A DNA stretch of 64,000 bases from Azolla caroliniana. Taxonomy: Eukaryota > Plantae > Polypodiophyta. Location: assembly GCA_043228905.1 (NCBI GenBank), contig JBHGNT010000009.1, positions 7,316,001 to 7,380,000 of the forward strand. The letters are read 5' to 3'. The notes beneath the pieces are model-generated. The model saw only the letters and a list, made by a program, of their open reading frames with translations, ran no database searches and was not told the DNA's origin. This document shows positions 1 to 12,000 of this stretch, piece after piece (position 1 is the stretch's first letter; each line of letters begins with the position of its first letter). Made by a program: the position numbers and the translations under genes.

Positions 1-3000
1 GCAAGTACGATTCGACCAAGAAGGGTGCTTCATCGAAAAAGAAGGCCGAATCATCGCACGTGGAAGAAGAGAGGCACGGATGTTCATTCTCGATTCGCAC
101 GAGATGAAATCCGCCATGTTCGCGAAAAGCACAAAAGCCGACTCCGACATAGAGCTATGGCATAAGAGAATCGGCCACATCAATCTCAACAAACTCAAAG
201 CAATGAAATCGAAAGGAGTCATCATCGGACTCCCGACATTCAAAGAGAAGGAGATTGAAGGTGTATGCGAAGCGTGCCAATTCGGCAAGCAACACCGACA
301 CCCATTTCCGAAGGAGCGGAATGTGAGCAAAGGCGTACTCGACGTAATTCATTCCGATGTATGGGGTCCGGCTCAAACGGTGACATTCGGCGGATGCCGC
401 TATTACGTGCTCTTCATCGACGACTTTTCTAGGCACACTTGGATCTACCCGATGCGGCAAAAGAGTGAAGTGTTCGGACACTTCCAAAATTTCAACAATG
501 AAGTCGAGAAAGCCACGGGCCGACATGTACGATGCCTTCGATCGGATGGCGGCAAGGAGTACTTCTCGGACGATTTCACGGCGTATCTCCGAAAGGAAGG
601 AATTCGGCGAGAATTCACTTGCCGACACACTCCGCCACAAAACGGAGTAGCCGAGCGCAAAAATCGGCACATCCTCGAAGTAGCACGGGCCATGATGAAC
701 GAGAAGCATATGCCCAAGTCATATTGGGCCGAAGCGGCAAATACGACTGTCTACCTAATGAACCGGTGCACAACATCCGACGTGCACGAGGTCACTCTGC
801 ACGAAAGATTCTTCGGAAAGAAGCCGAACCTATCGCATGTTCGGATATTCAGCTCCATTGCGTACGTGCACATCCCCGACGAGAAGTGTCAAAAGCTCGA
901 CCCGAAGTCGGAGAAATGTATCCTCGTAGTATACTCACTGGAGCAAAAAGGGTACAAGTGCTACAACCCCTCAACTCGACAATCTCGAGTAAGTCGAGAC
1001 GTCGTCTTTGACGAGTCTGCATCCTGGTACGCACCAAAGACAACTTCGACTCCGACCCCGCTCGACCCGGAATCCACCGAACAAGAGATAGAGGATGAAG
1101 ATCACCTTACGCTCATGTTCGAAGAAAGTCCGATCACGACCCGACTGAGCGGACCAGAAGAGCCTTTGAGCGATCAAAGCACATCACCGCCTAGCCCGAA
1201 GATGGACAAAGGCAAGGCGAAATTGGCGGAATACGAAGACAATCGCTTCACCAATGATGAGTCAAGTCACTCACTCGAGAGTGAGTTTGGCGGTTTCAAG
1301 GTACCAATCGGAGCAAAGAAAGCCCTCATCTCTGCAAATGAAAAGCTTCGCCGATCCACTCGTGAAAAGAACCCCGTAAATCGATTCGGCTACAACGATT
1401 ACATGGCATACCATTACGCCTTTATGATGAAGGTAGCAACAGTACGGGAGCCGGAAACCTTTTCGGAAGCCGCGAAGGACCCGCGATGGATCGAAGCAAT
1501 GAACGAGGAGATGCAGGCACTACGGAAGAACGAGACGTGGGATCTCGTTCCCACCTCACCACACAAAAAGGCAATTGGATGCAGATGGATCTACAAGGTG
1601 AAGTATAACGCCAATGGTTCCGTCAACCGCTACAAAGCTCGACTCGTAGCGAAAGGATACGCTCATACACATGGCGTCGACTACGAAGAAACCTTTGCCC
1701 CGGTGGCAAAGATGACGACGGTGCGGACCGTAATTGCGATTGCCGCGGCGAAAGGGTGGCACCTCCATCAAATGGACATCAAGAACACCTTTCTACAAGG
1801 CGAATTAGAAGAGGAGGTGTACATGATACAACCACCCGGCTTCAACTCGAGCACCCATCCGAAAGTTGTATGCCGACTCAAGAAGCCACTCTACGGCCTC
1901 AAGCAAGCACCACGTGCTTGGCACTCGAAGATAATGCAATATCTTCATCAAATCGGCTTCCGTATGTCAAAATCAGACAACTCCCTCTACATACGAAGCG
2001 ATTCCGCAAGTCCGATCGTCATCATTTTATATGTGGATGACCTAGTCATTGGAGGTGAGCATCTCGTCGAAATCAATAAGGTCAAATCCCTCCTTTCCGA
2101 CAAGTTCGAGATGACGGACATGAAGGAGCTCCACTACTTCCTCGGCATCGAGGTAATTCGGACTCCGGCCGGAATCATGATCTCTCAACGGCACTACATC
2201 CTCAACTTGTTATACAAGTTCGGGATGGCTCAGTGCAAATCCGTGACAACCCCGCTCGATCGTAATCTCAAACTGGATGCGAACTCCGGCACCAAAGCGT
2301 GTGAGCCGACTCAGTATCGGCAACTCATCAGGAGTCTCATCTACCTCACGATCACTCGACCCGATCTCAATTATCCGGTCGGTCTCCTTAGCCAATTCAT
2401 GCAAACACCGCGTGATACCCACTTGGATTGCGTTAAGCGATTTCTACGGTACGTGAGCGGCACAATGGATTGCGGCATCCTCTACAAGACCGCGATGCCA
2501 ATACGACTCGAGGGGTACACAGACGCCGATTGGGCCGGCTACGAAGCCGATAGAAGATCAACCTCCGGATTTGTTTTCTCCTTTGGCAGCGGAGCAATAT
2601 CCTGGAGTAGCAAGAAGCAGCCCACCGTCGCTCTTTCGAGTACGGAGGCGGAATACATGGGCGCAGCCGTAGCTACGTGTGAAGCCGTATGGCTGAAGAG
2701 GATTTTGAAGGATCTGGGCGTACCCATCAAGGATCTGACTTCCCTTTACTGCGACAACATGAGCAGTATCTATCTGGCTCGGAACCCGGTGTTCCACACA
2801 AGGACAAAGCGCATCGAATTGCACTATCACTTCATCCGAGAGCGCGTTCTGGCTGGCGATGTCGACCTACAACACATAAGCACCAATCTTCAAACGACCG
2901 ATATCTTCACTAAAGCCTTAGGAGCCGACAAACTAGATGGCAATTCATGACCGATCTCGGATTGACGATCCCTGATTTGCCAAGCTTGAGGGGGAGTACT

Positions 3001-3662
3001 GAAGACACTACGCAATAACGCGTAGATTCCGCAACCACACACCGTAGCAGCAAAGAGACAATCTACCGCGCAAAACCGCGAAGAAAGACGCAAGCCGAAG
3101 CACAGACTTTGCAACTATGCACGCAAGCCGAAGCACAGACTTCATAACTACGTACAACGCAAGTTGGAGCACGGATTCCGCAACTCCGCATAAAGCGAGT
3201 CGACGCGGACTCCCGAACGTGAATTGAAGCGGATTTCGGATACCGTCTAAAACCGACCCGACTTGAGCTTGAGGGGGCGTGTTGAGAATCAAGCTCAACT
3301 TGGTCTAGTGTGTGAACTCACCTTGAGAGTGAAGAGACACCTCAACGGTCAAGAGTCACCATTATGTCACCACTTTGTATTCTAGCATTTAGTATGAGTC
3401 ATAGAATCATATTCTATGACACATAACTTATGAGCTTTCACATTCCCCATGCTCCATGAGCCTTGTAGTTAATGAAGAGAGAGGGTGACTACATAAAGCA
3501 CCCTCCTCCCACCTTGTATAATGTTGAGTCTTTCTCCATTGTCAATATACCTTTACCTTGCGTATTCCTTGTCTCTCTCACTCTCTCTCTCTCTCTCTCT
3601 CATACACACACATAACTCATATCACTTCTGCTTCACAAGAATCAATCTCTTGATTCTTTACA
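1..3662 (+). mobile_element. Ty1/copia LTR retrotransposon A; 5' part lies outside the window; 3' LTR 3280-3662
   Basis: pol ORF followed by PPT GAGGGGGCG (3271-3279) and an LTR running TGTTGAGAATCAAGCTCAAC...GATTCTTTACA. Confidence 0.95.
80..2950 (+). CDS. pol: Copia Pol region (GAG-pre-integrase, integrase, reverse transcriptase, RNase H); nearly intact, frameshifted in the last codons
   Basis: 956-aa ORF with WHKRIGH, CEACQFGK, HSDVWG / RSDGGKEY / VAERKNR (DDE), [40 protein letters not shown] in copia order INT-RT-RH. Confidence 0.93.
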   Translation: MFILDSHEMKSAMFAKSTKADSDIELWHKRIGHINLNKLKAMKSKGVIIGLPTFKEKEIEGVCEACQFGKQHRHPFPKERNVSKGVLDVIHSDVWGPAQTVTFGGCRYYVLFIDDFSRHTWIYPMRQKSEVFGHFQNFNNEVEKATGRHVRCLRSDGGKEYFSDDFTAYLRKEGIRREFTCRHTPPQNGVAERKNRHILEVARAMMNEKHMPKSYWAEAANTTVYLMNRCTTSDVHEVTLHERFFGKKPNLSHVRIFSSIAYVHIPDEKCQKLDPKSEKCILVVYSLEQKGYKCYNPSTRQSRVSRDVVFDESASWYAPKTTSTPTPLDPESTEQEIEDEDHLTLMFEESPITTRLSGPEEPLSDQSTSPPSPKMDKGKAKLAEYEDNRFTNDESSHSLESEFGGFKVPIGAKKALISANEKLRRSTREKNPVNRFGYNDYMAYHYAFMMKVATVREPETFSEAAKDPRWIEAMNEEMQALRKNETWDLVPTSPHKKAIGCRWIYKVKYNANGSVNRYKARLVAKGYAHTHGVDYEETFAPVAKMTTVRTVIAIAAAKGWHLHQMDIKNTFLQGELEEEVYMIQPPGFNSSTHPKVVCRLKKPLYGLKQAPRAWHSKIMQYLHQIGFRMSKSDNSLYIRSDSASPIVIILYVDDLVIGGEHLVEINKVKSLLSDKFEMTDMKELHYFLGIEVIRTPAGIMISQRHYILNLLYKFGMAQCKSVTTPLDRNLKLDANSGTKACEPTQYRQLIRSLIYLTITRPDLNYPVGLLSQFMQTPRDTHLDCVKRFLRYVSGTMDCGILYKTAMPIRLEGYTDADWAGYEADRRSTSGFVFSFGSGAISWSSKKQPTVALSSTEAEYMGAAVATCEAVWLKRILKDLGVPIKDLTSLYCDNMSSIYLARNPVFHTRTKRIELHYHFIRERVLAGDVDLQHISTNLQTTDIFTKALGADKLDGNS

Positions 3663-4212
3663 CTTCTGTCGAGCTTCTCTGTCGGAAGTGAGCTAACCAT
3701 TCCTGTGTCCATTCTTTTCTTCGTATGTTCTTTCACCGTGATTAGGGTTTGTTTGTTTGTTGGCAGCAGAGGATCTCAACCCTCGCACTCTGATACCATG
3801 AAAAAGAATATGTGTGGAAGCTTAACAGACACAATCGGGTAACAACAAACAAAAGACAGAGAAGATGAGGAAGGTTTAATGGAAAGCTTAATCAACACAG
3901 CGTACGTGGGAGAGATAGAGAGAGCAGAACACACAAAACTCTATTCCAAAACAATACTCTAAAACTATGTACATAGGATGTGCTCAAAGAGCACATTTAT
4001 ACAAGTCCATACAGACTAACAGAAGTATTGACACATACTTCAATGCTCATCAATGAGCCTCTACACTAACTCCCAAAATATATTCCTCTACGGAATATCT
4101 ATCCAACGGCCTCCCGATTTACGCACCACTATGGCCTCTCGTTGCGCACCCAGTTTACGCACCCAGTCTACACACTGGTTTACGCATCCAATGTTGAGCT
4201 TGAATCTCAACA
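3663..4212 (-). mobile_element. 5' end of copia element B (5' LTR 3799-4212, tRNA-iMet PBS, first 17 gag codons), interrupted by element A
   Basis: Minus strand reads LTR TGTTGAGATTCAAGCTCAAC...TTTTTCA, PBS TGGTATCAGAGTGCGAGG (3781-3798) and gag MDTGMVSSLPTEKLDR from 3712. Confidence 0.88.
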
Positions 4213-4836
4213 ACAAGGTATTGGTGCCTCTTGTATCCCCAAGATGCGAAGTTGTTTTTGTCCAGCTTTTCATTCGGAAGAGAGTTGCCCATCTGAGTGT
4301 TCATGATGGCCGACTTGGTTGAAACAAGTGTTCTTCTTCTTCTTATCTATGATACGAATTGTGTAGGGTTACTACTACAGCGATCGGCTAGTTCTTCGTG
4401 AACGTTGGCGTATACACAACACTTGCGGATGGGCTTGGATCAAGCTACCAATTGCTTTGATATTGATACCATATAAAGAATCTAATGTATGATTCTGTGC
4501 AATAGAATAAAGTTGTGTGTGTGTGTATGAGAGATAGAAAGAGAGAGAGAGAGAGAGAGAGAAGCGACACAAATAGATAGAAAACAAGAAAACTATACTC
4601 ACAAGAAAACAATAACCACCAACTTACAAAGAAAACTGTACTCACATTCTCTCTATATTCTCTCACTACAACCACCTCTTGGAAAAGAGGTGGAGACTTC
4701 ACTACCTACTAACTATGTGTCATAGGACTAACTTCTATGACACATTAGTTATGATACAAGGTAGTGGGGTATTCCCACATTTGGTTATTCCTAAGGTGTG
4801 TTCCCACACTAGGGAAGCTGAGTTTGATTCTCAACA
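4213..4836 (-). mobile_element. 5' end of copia element C (5' LTR 4472-4836, PBS, first ~30 gag codons), interrupted by element B
   Basis: Minus strand reads LTR TGTTGAGAATCAAACTCAGC..., similar to LTR 3280-3662, then PBS TGGTATCAA and gag MNTQMGNSLPNEKLDKNNFASWGYKRHQYL from 4304. Confidence 0.85.
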
Positions 4837-6769
4837 TTAACTGTAGCTAAAATATCTATATGTTGAAAGATCATGAAAGGGTTCATATCCCTTTTAGAAA
4901 GTGTGGATGTATCAATTTATTATAACGAAGGATCTCGACGCATTAATGGTCAAGCTTGATCTCAACTAGGATCCTTCTTCTTTTCAAGTATAATCACCAA
5001 GGGTAACTTGTGAGCGAAGCAAATGATGGGTTTGGACCACATGTAGGACAATCTCATCTTTCATGCCACAATTACCAAGGGTAGTGAAGAGTGGAATGTG
5101 ATTCTATTAGTTTCTCCTCATCTAACAATAAGCTAACAACTATGGTAGCTATGAATTAGCTAGAAATTTGACAATCTAGTTTCGCAACTTAGGTATCAAA
5201 ATATAATTGTCATGGGTAATGTCTGAAGCAAGTGAATGGTGGCGCTTGATTACAAATATTCCAATCCTTGTCCTTGAGGAATCCATCATCTTAGTGGAGA
5301 GATACACTCAAGTGTTCCATAAAGGCCATTCTACATTCACCAATTTCCCATACTATGTTGAACACAAATGTCCACCACTTTATCGTACCAAGTCAAACTT
5401 TAAGGTCCTTGGGGAATCAACTCCCTAAGGGGAAAGATATCCATGACATCCCAACAAGGCTTATGGATAGCTAAAGGGTTGTAAAGGATAAGCTTTACCA
5501 ACACACCAAGAAGGATATGTAAAATTTTTGTTAACGATGTTTAATTGTGTTTTACTATGATAAAGTTCAATTTTATTATAGAATTGATCCATGTTAATTC
5601 ATTGCTATTTTAAAGAAAGAGTGAATCAAAAGGTTTTGCTACTAGCTTCTACATAAAGGGGAGTCTAATGAACAATGAGATTAATAAAGTGAGAAATTCA
5701 ATCATGGTTTAAAAATTTCTAGAATGGTAATGTCTTTGCGACATGGTTGGAAAACAAAGTCTTGTTCAATGTACGAGTTAATCAATGTGAGGCACAATCA
5801 CGATTCACAACCCTCAACAAATCAACAACAAAGGTGCATGGATGGGTCATAGTCTTAAAAACCCATAGCTTAGAATGACATTGAGCATGTTTATCCCAAT
5901 ACAACTTACCTTGGACATACGTAAAAAACCTATTTCTTAGTATGACATTGAATGTCATAGAGCATGTTTATCCCATTACAAGTTATTGTGGAAACAAGTA
6001 ATCATGTTCCCAATCATCCTTCCATGTATAAAAAAAAGTGTAGCGTGTGGCATACTTAGCTGATAATTTGAACTTTCTCAATGCAAATCTTTCTTATATG
6101 GGTTATGTTCCCTTTTGCTCACAATTTAAAAGACAAGGAATCATTTTCTTTCCTATGTGTGTGGACTATTGTACCTCGAGAATTGTAAGGACATTGATAG
6201 TTTAAATTATTGTAACGTTTTCCACAAATAGAGAACATTGACAAGACATTGTAAGGTGTAACTTGCCATTGGGGTCAAATTTCAAGGAGACAATAATAAT
6301 TTGTTTTATTATTATTATTATAGAAATTGCTTCCAGTTGATTTGGTTTCCCAAATGCAACCGTTAATACTTGGTTCTCTCATGAACATTTTTAGATTAAA
6401 AATTATACGTTGAAGTAGAAAATCCTTTCAATTTGATTCTTTTCTGAAAAGGTGATATTTAATCCCTATTTCTCTTGAGAATGCAGCTAGACTAAAATGA
6501 TACTTTGAAATCATGGTGTTTCCATGGGAATCGTGACTCATTAGTTGTTATTGTGTGCATTTGTATTAAACAAATAATTTTCTATATTGCATTTCATTAA
6601 TCTTTTGTTTGTTTAAGTGTATTCCGAGCCAATTGACGTTTAAAACAAAATGGGTGAGCGAAAGTTTAAAGTATGCCTTCATGGACAATATATTTGGCTA
6701 TTCTTTGATAGTAAAAGAGTAATATTCAAGACCAACCTATTGTTATTATCCTTAAACAACATTTGGTAC

Positions 6770-7104
6770 CGAGCACTAGGAATCAACAATGGGTTGGCCT
6801 TGTCCAAACCAAACCGGTTTGAGAGTTTTCAAACTTTAACGGTACCAGTTCCTAAATTGGTTAAGGCTTAACTAGATTGGTCAAACCAGTTAATGCTAAA
6901 TCATTTGTACAAACCGTTTAAGCCTTAACCTGTTAGGAATTGGTTTGGCCCTAAACGATTCGGTTCGGCTTGAGCCTTGCCAAGTATTGCTCAAAACGGT
7001 AAAGGAGGCTCGAGCATGAACCAAACCGCCAAACCGTTTAAAAACAGTTTAACAGCTTAGTTCAAGTTTTACTGAGTCATTGCCAACTCGTACCTAGCAC
7101 TCGG
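6770..7104. mobile_element. Degenerate MITE-like element rich in AAACCG/CGGTTT motifs
   Basis: Same motif content as the hAT MITEs at 32263 and 36392; imperfect terminal inverted repeats; no clean TSD. Confidence 0.45.
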
Positions 7105-7199
7105 ATGCAATGACAAAGTTTTCGTGTTTATGTTTTTCTTCATTGCATTTTATGTCATATAACAAAGTTGAAATGGCCCTAAATTATCGCTTATAAATT

Positions 7200-7700
7200 A
7201 ACTCAATTACTCTTTTGAATTGTAAAACATGAAGACGTGGTGGTCAAAGAAAGCAATAGGTTTGATGTTGCATTCATTAGAACCCTTCATAATTTAGTTT
7301 GAGCCACTCAAAAGTTCCCCACCATTGCAACCAATACTCTCTTGCAACCACCTAAGAATCCTCGATGGCATTGGACCTAAAATTCGACAGAATGCATCAT
7401 TAGAGTTCATCATTCGAGGGGTTTGATTCCTTCTTAGTTGCAATTAACTAGTTTATGAACATAACCCACTATTCTCCCTTGCTCTTAGAACATCTTAATA
7501 GAAGCAGAAATGGGAGATCTTATACTCACAAATGTGGAGAGACTTCATGGGTTTTCACAATACATCGTTTCCGATAGAAAGCCTTAATTCATCTCATGCT
7601 TCTTGAAATGACCATTTCACAAAGTCCATCACCTTCATCTAGGAGTCTTTGGGAATCGTGGACATGGCAAGCAATATTGGACACCGGGATTTTGTGCTTG
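7200..7700 (+). pseudogene. Highly decayed Ty3/gypsy integrase remnant
   Basis: From 7510 translates as MGDLILTNVERLHGFSQYIVSDRKP*FISCF, resembling the gypsy INT motif RLHGxPxxIVSDRDxxFxSxF. Confidence 0.5.
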
Positions 7701-9038
7701 ATGGAAGAACATGGTAGTACAACAATATCTATGAAAGCTATGTAAGAAAAAGAGTTGGATCATACCAAGAGAGCCTTTTCCCACACAAAAAAGACATGCT
7801 ACAAAGACCTTTAAGTACTTCACATAGCTAGGTCAAAAAGTCTTTACAAATTATATCAAGCAGAGGTCAAGAATGAGGAGCACTTTGTATGAAAATCGCT
7901 AGTAAACAAAAACATCGTAAATAAGTATGCCACACTCTTCATAAATAAGAATGAAAAATGATACAAAAGGTTGAGCCACATCAAATTGGTAAGGTTTGTT
8001 TTATCGTCTCAAACTTATTATTCTACACATGTGGTACAAAGGGTCATAAACAAATAATTGTATCTCTAATGTAGGCATACTCTTGAGCAAGCACGGGTCA
8101 TACAACAACAAAGATACCCTTGAGCAAGCATGGTTTATACAACAGAGACAACACTTGGGGCATGCCAACATATGTAAGTATTTAAGCAAGCCATAATTGT
8201 GGAGGTGTCACGATTGAGTGAGCAAGGGAATATTGATGAGAATGGAGACTATGAGTGCCAAATTGTAGGGTATGTGGAGGGGGTGAGAAGTATCCAAAGG
8301 GTGGGAAATTCTCTACATTGAGGCCATTGTTGTCGAGCCACTCGTTACTTGTGAGTAGTGAAGTTCCATCGCTTTCGGTTGTAGCCATTCCCTTCAATGT
8401 TTTCAAAGGATTTTACCCTCTTGAGATCCTTTCGAGGCAACATGGTATGAAAGCCATTATAGGTTTATTAGGGATTGCATCAAACTACTTGTCGTTGTTG
8501 TCATGTACTTACGTGTCTTTATAGCATATTGTCATGACGAGAGGATGAGTGATGATGGTGTGGGCAAATATATGAGGGGATGAGAAAACATTTTATAATC
8601 ATTTTGCTATTATGTGTACAGGAATTTGGTGGTAATCGGCGAGATGGTTGATGTGGACTTAAGAAGCAAATTATTTTGAGGGATAAGGATGAGTGAAGAT
8701 GGAGTGGGGGTTGAAGCAAATTATTATGAGTAGGTGAGGAAATTATTTACACTAATTTTCTGTTGTTTATACAGGATGTTTGATGGAAATCGGTGAGATG
8801 GAAAGATGATTGATGCGCTTGAGTTGTTGAATGAAGAAGATTTATGTTGATCATTAGGACGAGTGACGTTGGTGTGGTGGTAGGGATTGAAACATATGGA
8901 ATTTCTTTGTGGGATAAGGATGAGGGAAGATGGCGTGGGGGTCGAAGCATTTGATGATGGTGTGGGGGTCGAAGATGGCGGGAGGTTATGATAAATCAGA
9001 AGTTGACATGCCTAATGTGAGAGTATGAAAATTGTGAT

Positions 9039-12000
9039 TTTTAAGTAATTAGGTAATTAACTAGGGTTAATTAGAGACTAATTATATGGTTACGTTAAGC
9101 AACGGAAGATTAGTATGATATGCGCGTGAGACTGTGTGAGAGGAAGTTACACTTGAACACAAAGATAAATGGGGGATGATTGACTATATTGAAAAGTGTC
9201 ATCAACTACAAAAATACCCACAATGAGGTATATATACAACCCATGTGCAAAGGTGCACATGTGTGGGTAGAACATAGGTACTTATGTGTAAGTCCTACAT
9301 TAAATGTACTAAGGAGTGGAGGATCTCGAATATCCCACTTAAGTACAAGGTCCTATTTAAAGGCTTAAGGTCAACACATTAACTAGATTCGATCTAGGTA
9401 ACTACTAAGTTACACGTGTTGACTAACTAGATTAAACTAGTTGAGCTTGATATCTCAACACGCCCCCTCAAGCTCAAGTGTGAGGCGTCCAACGTCCGGT
9501 TTAGCTTCCTTCCGCTTCGTCGGCATTGGTGCAACTTGCGGCTTTCTTCGCGGTGTTGCGCGGCTTTCTTCGCGTCTTCATGGCTTCGTTGCGCGGCTCT
9601 CCGTGGCTTTGTTGCGCGGCATTGCGCGGCTTTCTTCGCGTATTCGCGGCTTCGTTGTGCCGCTCTCCGCGGCTTTGTTGCGTGGCGTTGCGCGGCTTTC
9701 TTCGCGTATTCGCAGCTTTGTTGCGCGGTTCTCCGCGGCTTTGTTCTCCCCCTCAAGCCAGTGACGAAGGCTTGGATCCTCGGGCTCTTGTTCGGCCACT
9801 ACCTTCATCGCGAGGGCAAAGTGATGGGCCATATACTCGTTGTAGGCGTAATGAGTGACTTGGGTCTTCGCTCGTGATGAGCGGCGGAGTTTCTCATTTG
9901 TTGATGTGAGCGCCTTCTTTACTCCGGGTGTCCTCATGATGGGTACACCGAACTCACCGTCTAGTGAGCGAGCCGAATCATCCGAATCACGGTCGTCGGG
10001 GTGGACCTCGACTTCGTATTCGGGCATCTTACCTTTGCCTTTGTCCGATGTCGGACTTGGTCGCGACGTGTTTTCATCGCGTGGAGGCTCTTGTGGGCCA
10101 ATTAGCTCGATAGAGCTTGGATTGTCCTTCAGTGGAGGACTTGGCCGAGTTTCGTCATCCGAGTTGGCGTTCAACTCTTCCTCGATCGGGTCGGATGGAG
10201 TCGCATTGGGCTTATACCAAGATGCCGATTCGTTGAAAACGACGTCACGACTTATCCGCACCGTTCGGGTCGAAGGGTTGAAGCACTTGTACGCCTTTTT
10301 CGCGGACAAGTATCCTATGAGGATACATTCTTCCGACTTCGCGTCGGGCTTATCTCGACTTTCGTTCGGGATGCGTACATTCGCAATGCTTCCGAACACC
10401 TTGAGGTGCGAGAGGATGGGCTTTCTTCCAACAAAGATCTCGTATGGAGTAAGCTCGTGCACGCTATTTGTGGTGCATCAATTCATGAGATAGACGGCCG
10501 TGGATGCCGCTTCCGCCCAATAGAAGTTCGGCATGTGCTTCTCACGCATCATGGCTCGTGCTACCTCGAGTATTTGCCGATTCTTTCTCTCCGCTACTCC
10601 GTTTTGTTGGGGAGTGTGTCGGCATGAGAATTCTCTATGAATGCCTTCACCTTGGAGGTAGGAGGTGAACTCGTCGGAGAAGTACTCCTTTCCTCCGTCC
10701 GATCGTAGGCATCGAATGTGCCGACCGGTTTCTTTATCCACTTGGCTTTTGAGCCTTTGAAAGTGGGAGAGCACTTCACTCTTCTTCTTCATCAGGTATA
10801 TCCACGCGTAGCGCGTGTGGTCGTCGACGAAGGTGACGTAGTAGCGGCATCCGCTGAGCGTCGGCGTTTGAGCCGGTCCCCATACGTCCGAGTGGATTAT
10901 GTAAAGGAGGCCTTTGCTTGCGGAGCTCTCCTTTGGGAATGGGAGTCGCTGTTGTTTGCCGAGTTGGCATGCTTCGCACACTCGGTCGACTCGTTTCGAT
11001 TCGAAAGCCGGAAGTCTGATTACGACTCCCTTTGATTGCATTCCGCGAAGCCGTTGGAGGTTTACGTGGCCGATTCACTTGTGCCACAACTCGATGTTTG
11101 TCTCGGTTTTGAGACCTTTGGCGTACATGGCCGATTTTACCTCGTTCGAGTCGAGGATGAACAAGCGACCGTCTCTCCGTCCCTTGTCTATGAGTCGGCC
11201 GTCTTTCTCGATGAAGCAACCTTCATTGTTGAAGCGGACATGCATGCCTTGCTCCACGATTTGGCCGACCGAGACCAAATTCTTTGTTATTGTGGGCACG
11301 TGCAAGACATTCTTGATGCAAGTTTGCTCGCCTTCTTTCCCAAATGGGACATCGCCGATGTGCCGAATGGGATGCGGAGTGTCATCTCCGGTCTCTATGT
11401 AGCTGGGTCGATCCGGCGTTCGCAAGTCGCGAAACCACTCTTGGTGCGACGTCATGTGGTGCGAGGCGCCGGAGTCTACGAACCACACGTGTTCGGAGTT
11501 GGAGGTGCTTGCAGAGTTTGCGGGATTGGAGGCCATCATAGAGTTCGCTCTATGCCTCATCACGAAGAGTCTGCCGTAGTCCGCGTATTCCGCGTTCGCG
11601 GCGTAATTTGTGAGTTGTCAGCTTGTCGAGGCCGACTCACTTCGTCTTTTTCGGCACTCCTCTTCACGATGGCCGATTTTGCTGCAATAGTTGCACGTAG
11701 GTGGCGTCGTTTGCCGACCTTGTTCGGTGTGGAAGCTCCCCCTTCTTGTGAAGGTTCCTCGATGGCTTCCGTTTCCTTGCCGAAATTGTGAATTCCCTTC
11801 ATGGGATAGGTCCAATTGACCTCTTCCGCGTCGACCTTGTCTTTGGGCACCATCCGTATCGGAGAAGAGCATTTGTCCTTCCAATGTGTTGGTCTTTGGT
11901 TGAACGTGGTTTTCTTTGACCAATAGCATTGATTGGAGGTTGAAGAACGAGGGAGGGGTATCTCTCGCCAAGATTGCCGTTCTCAACAGGTTGAATCGTT

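Noticed and set aside
4840-6700. Host gene in the AT-rich interval
   Set aside because: Only short ORFs and faint gypsy-like traces (MCVDY near 6155); no consistent exon chain
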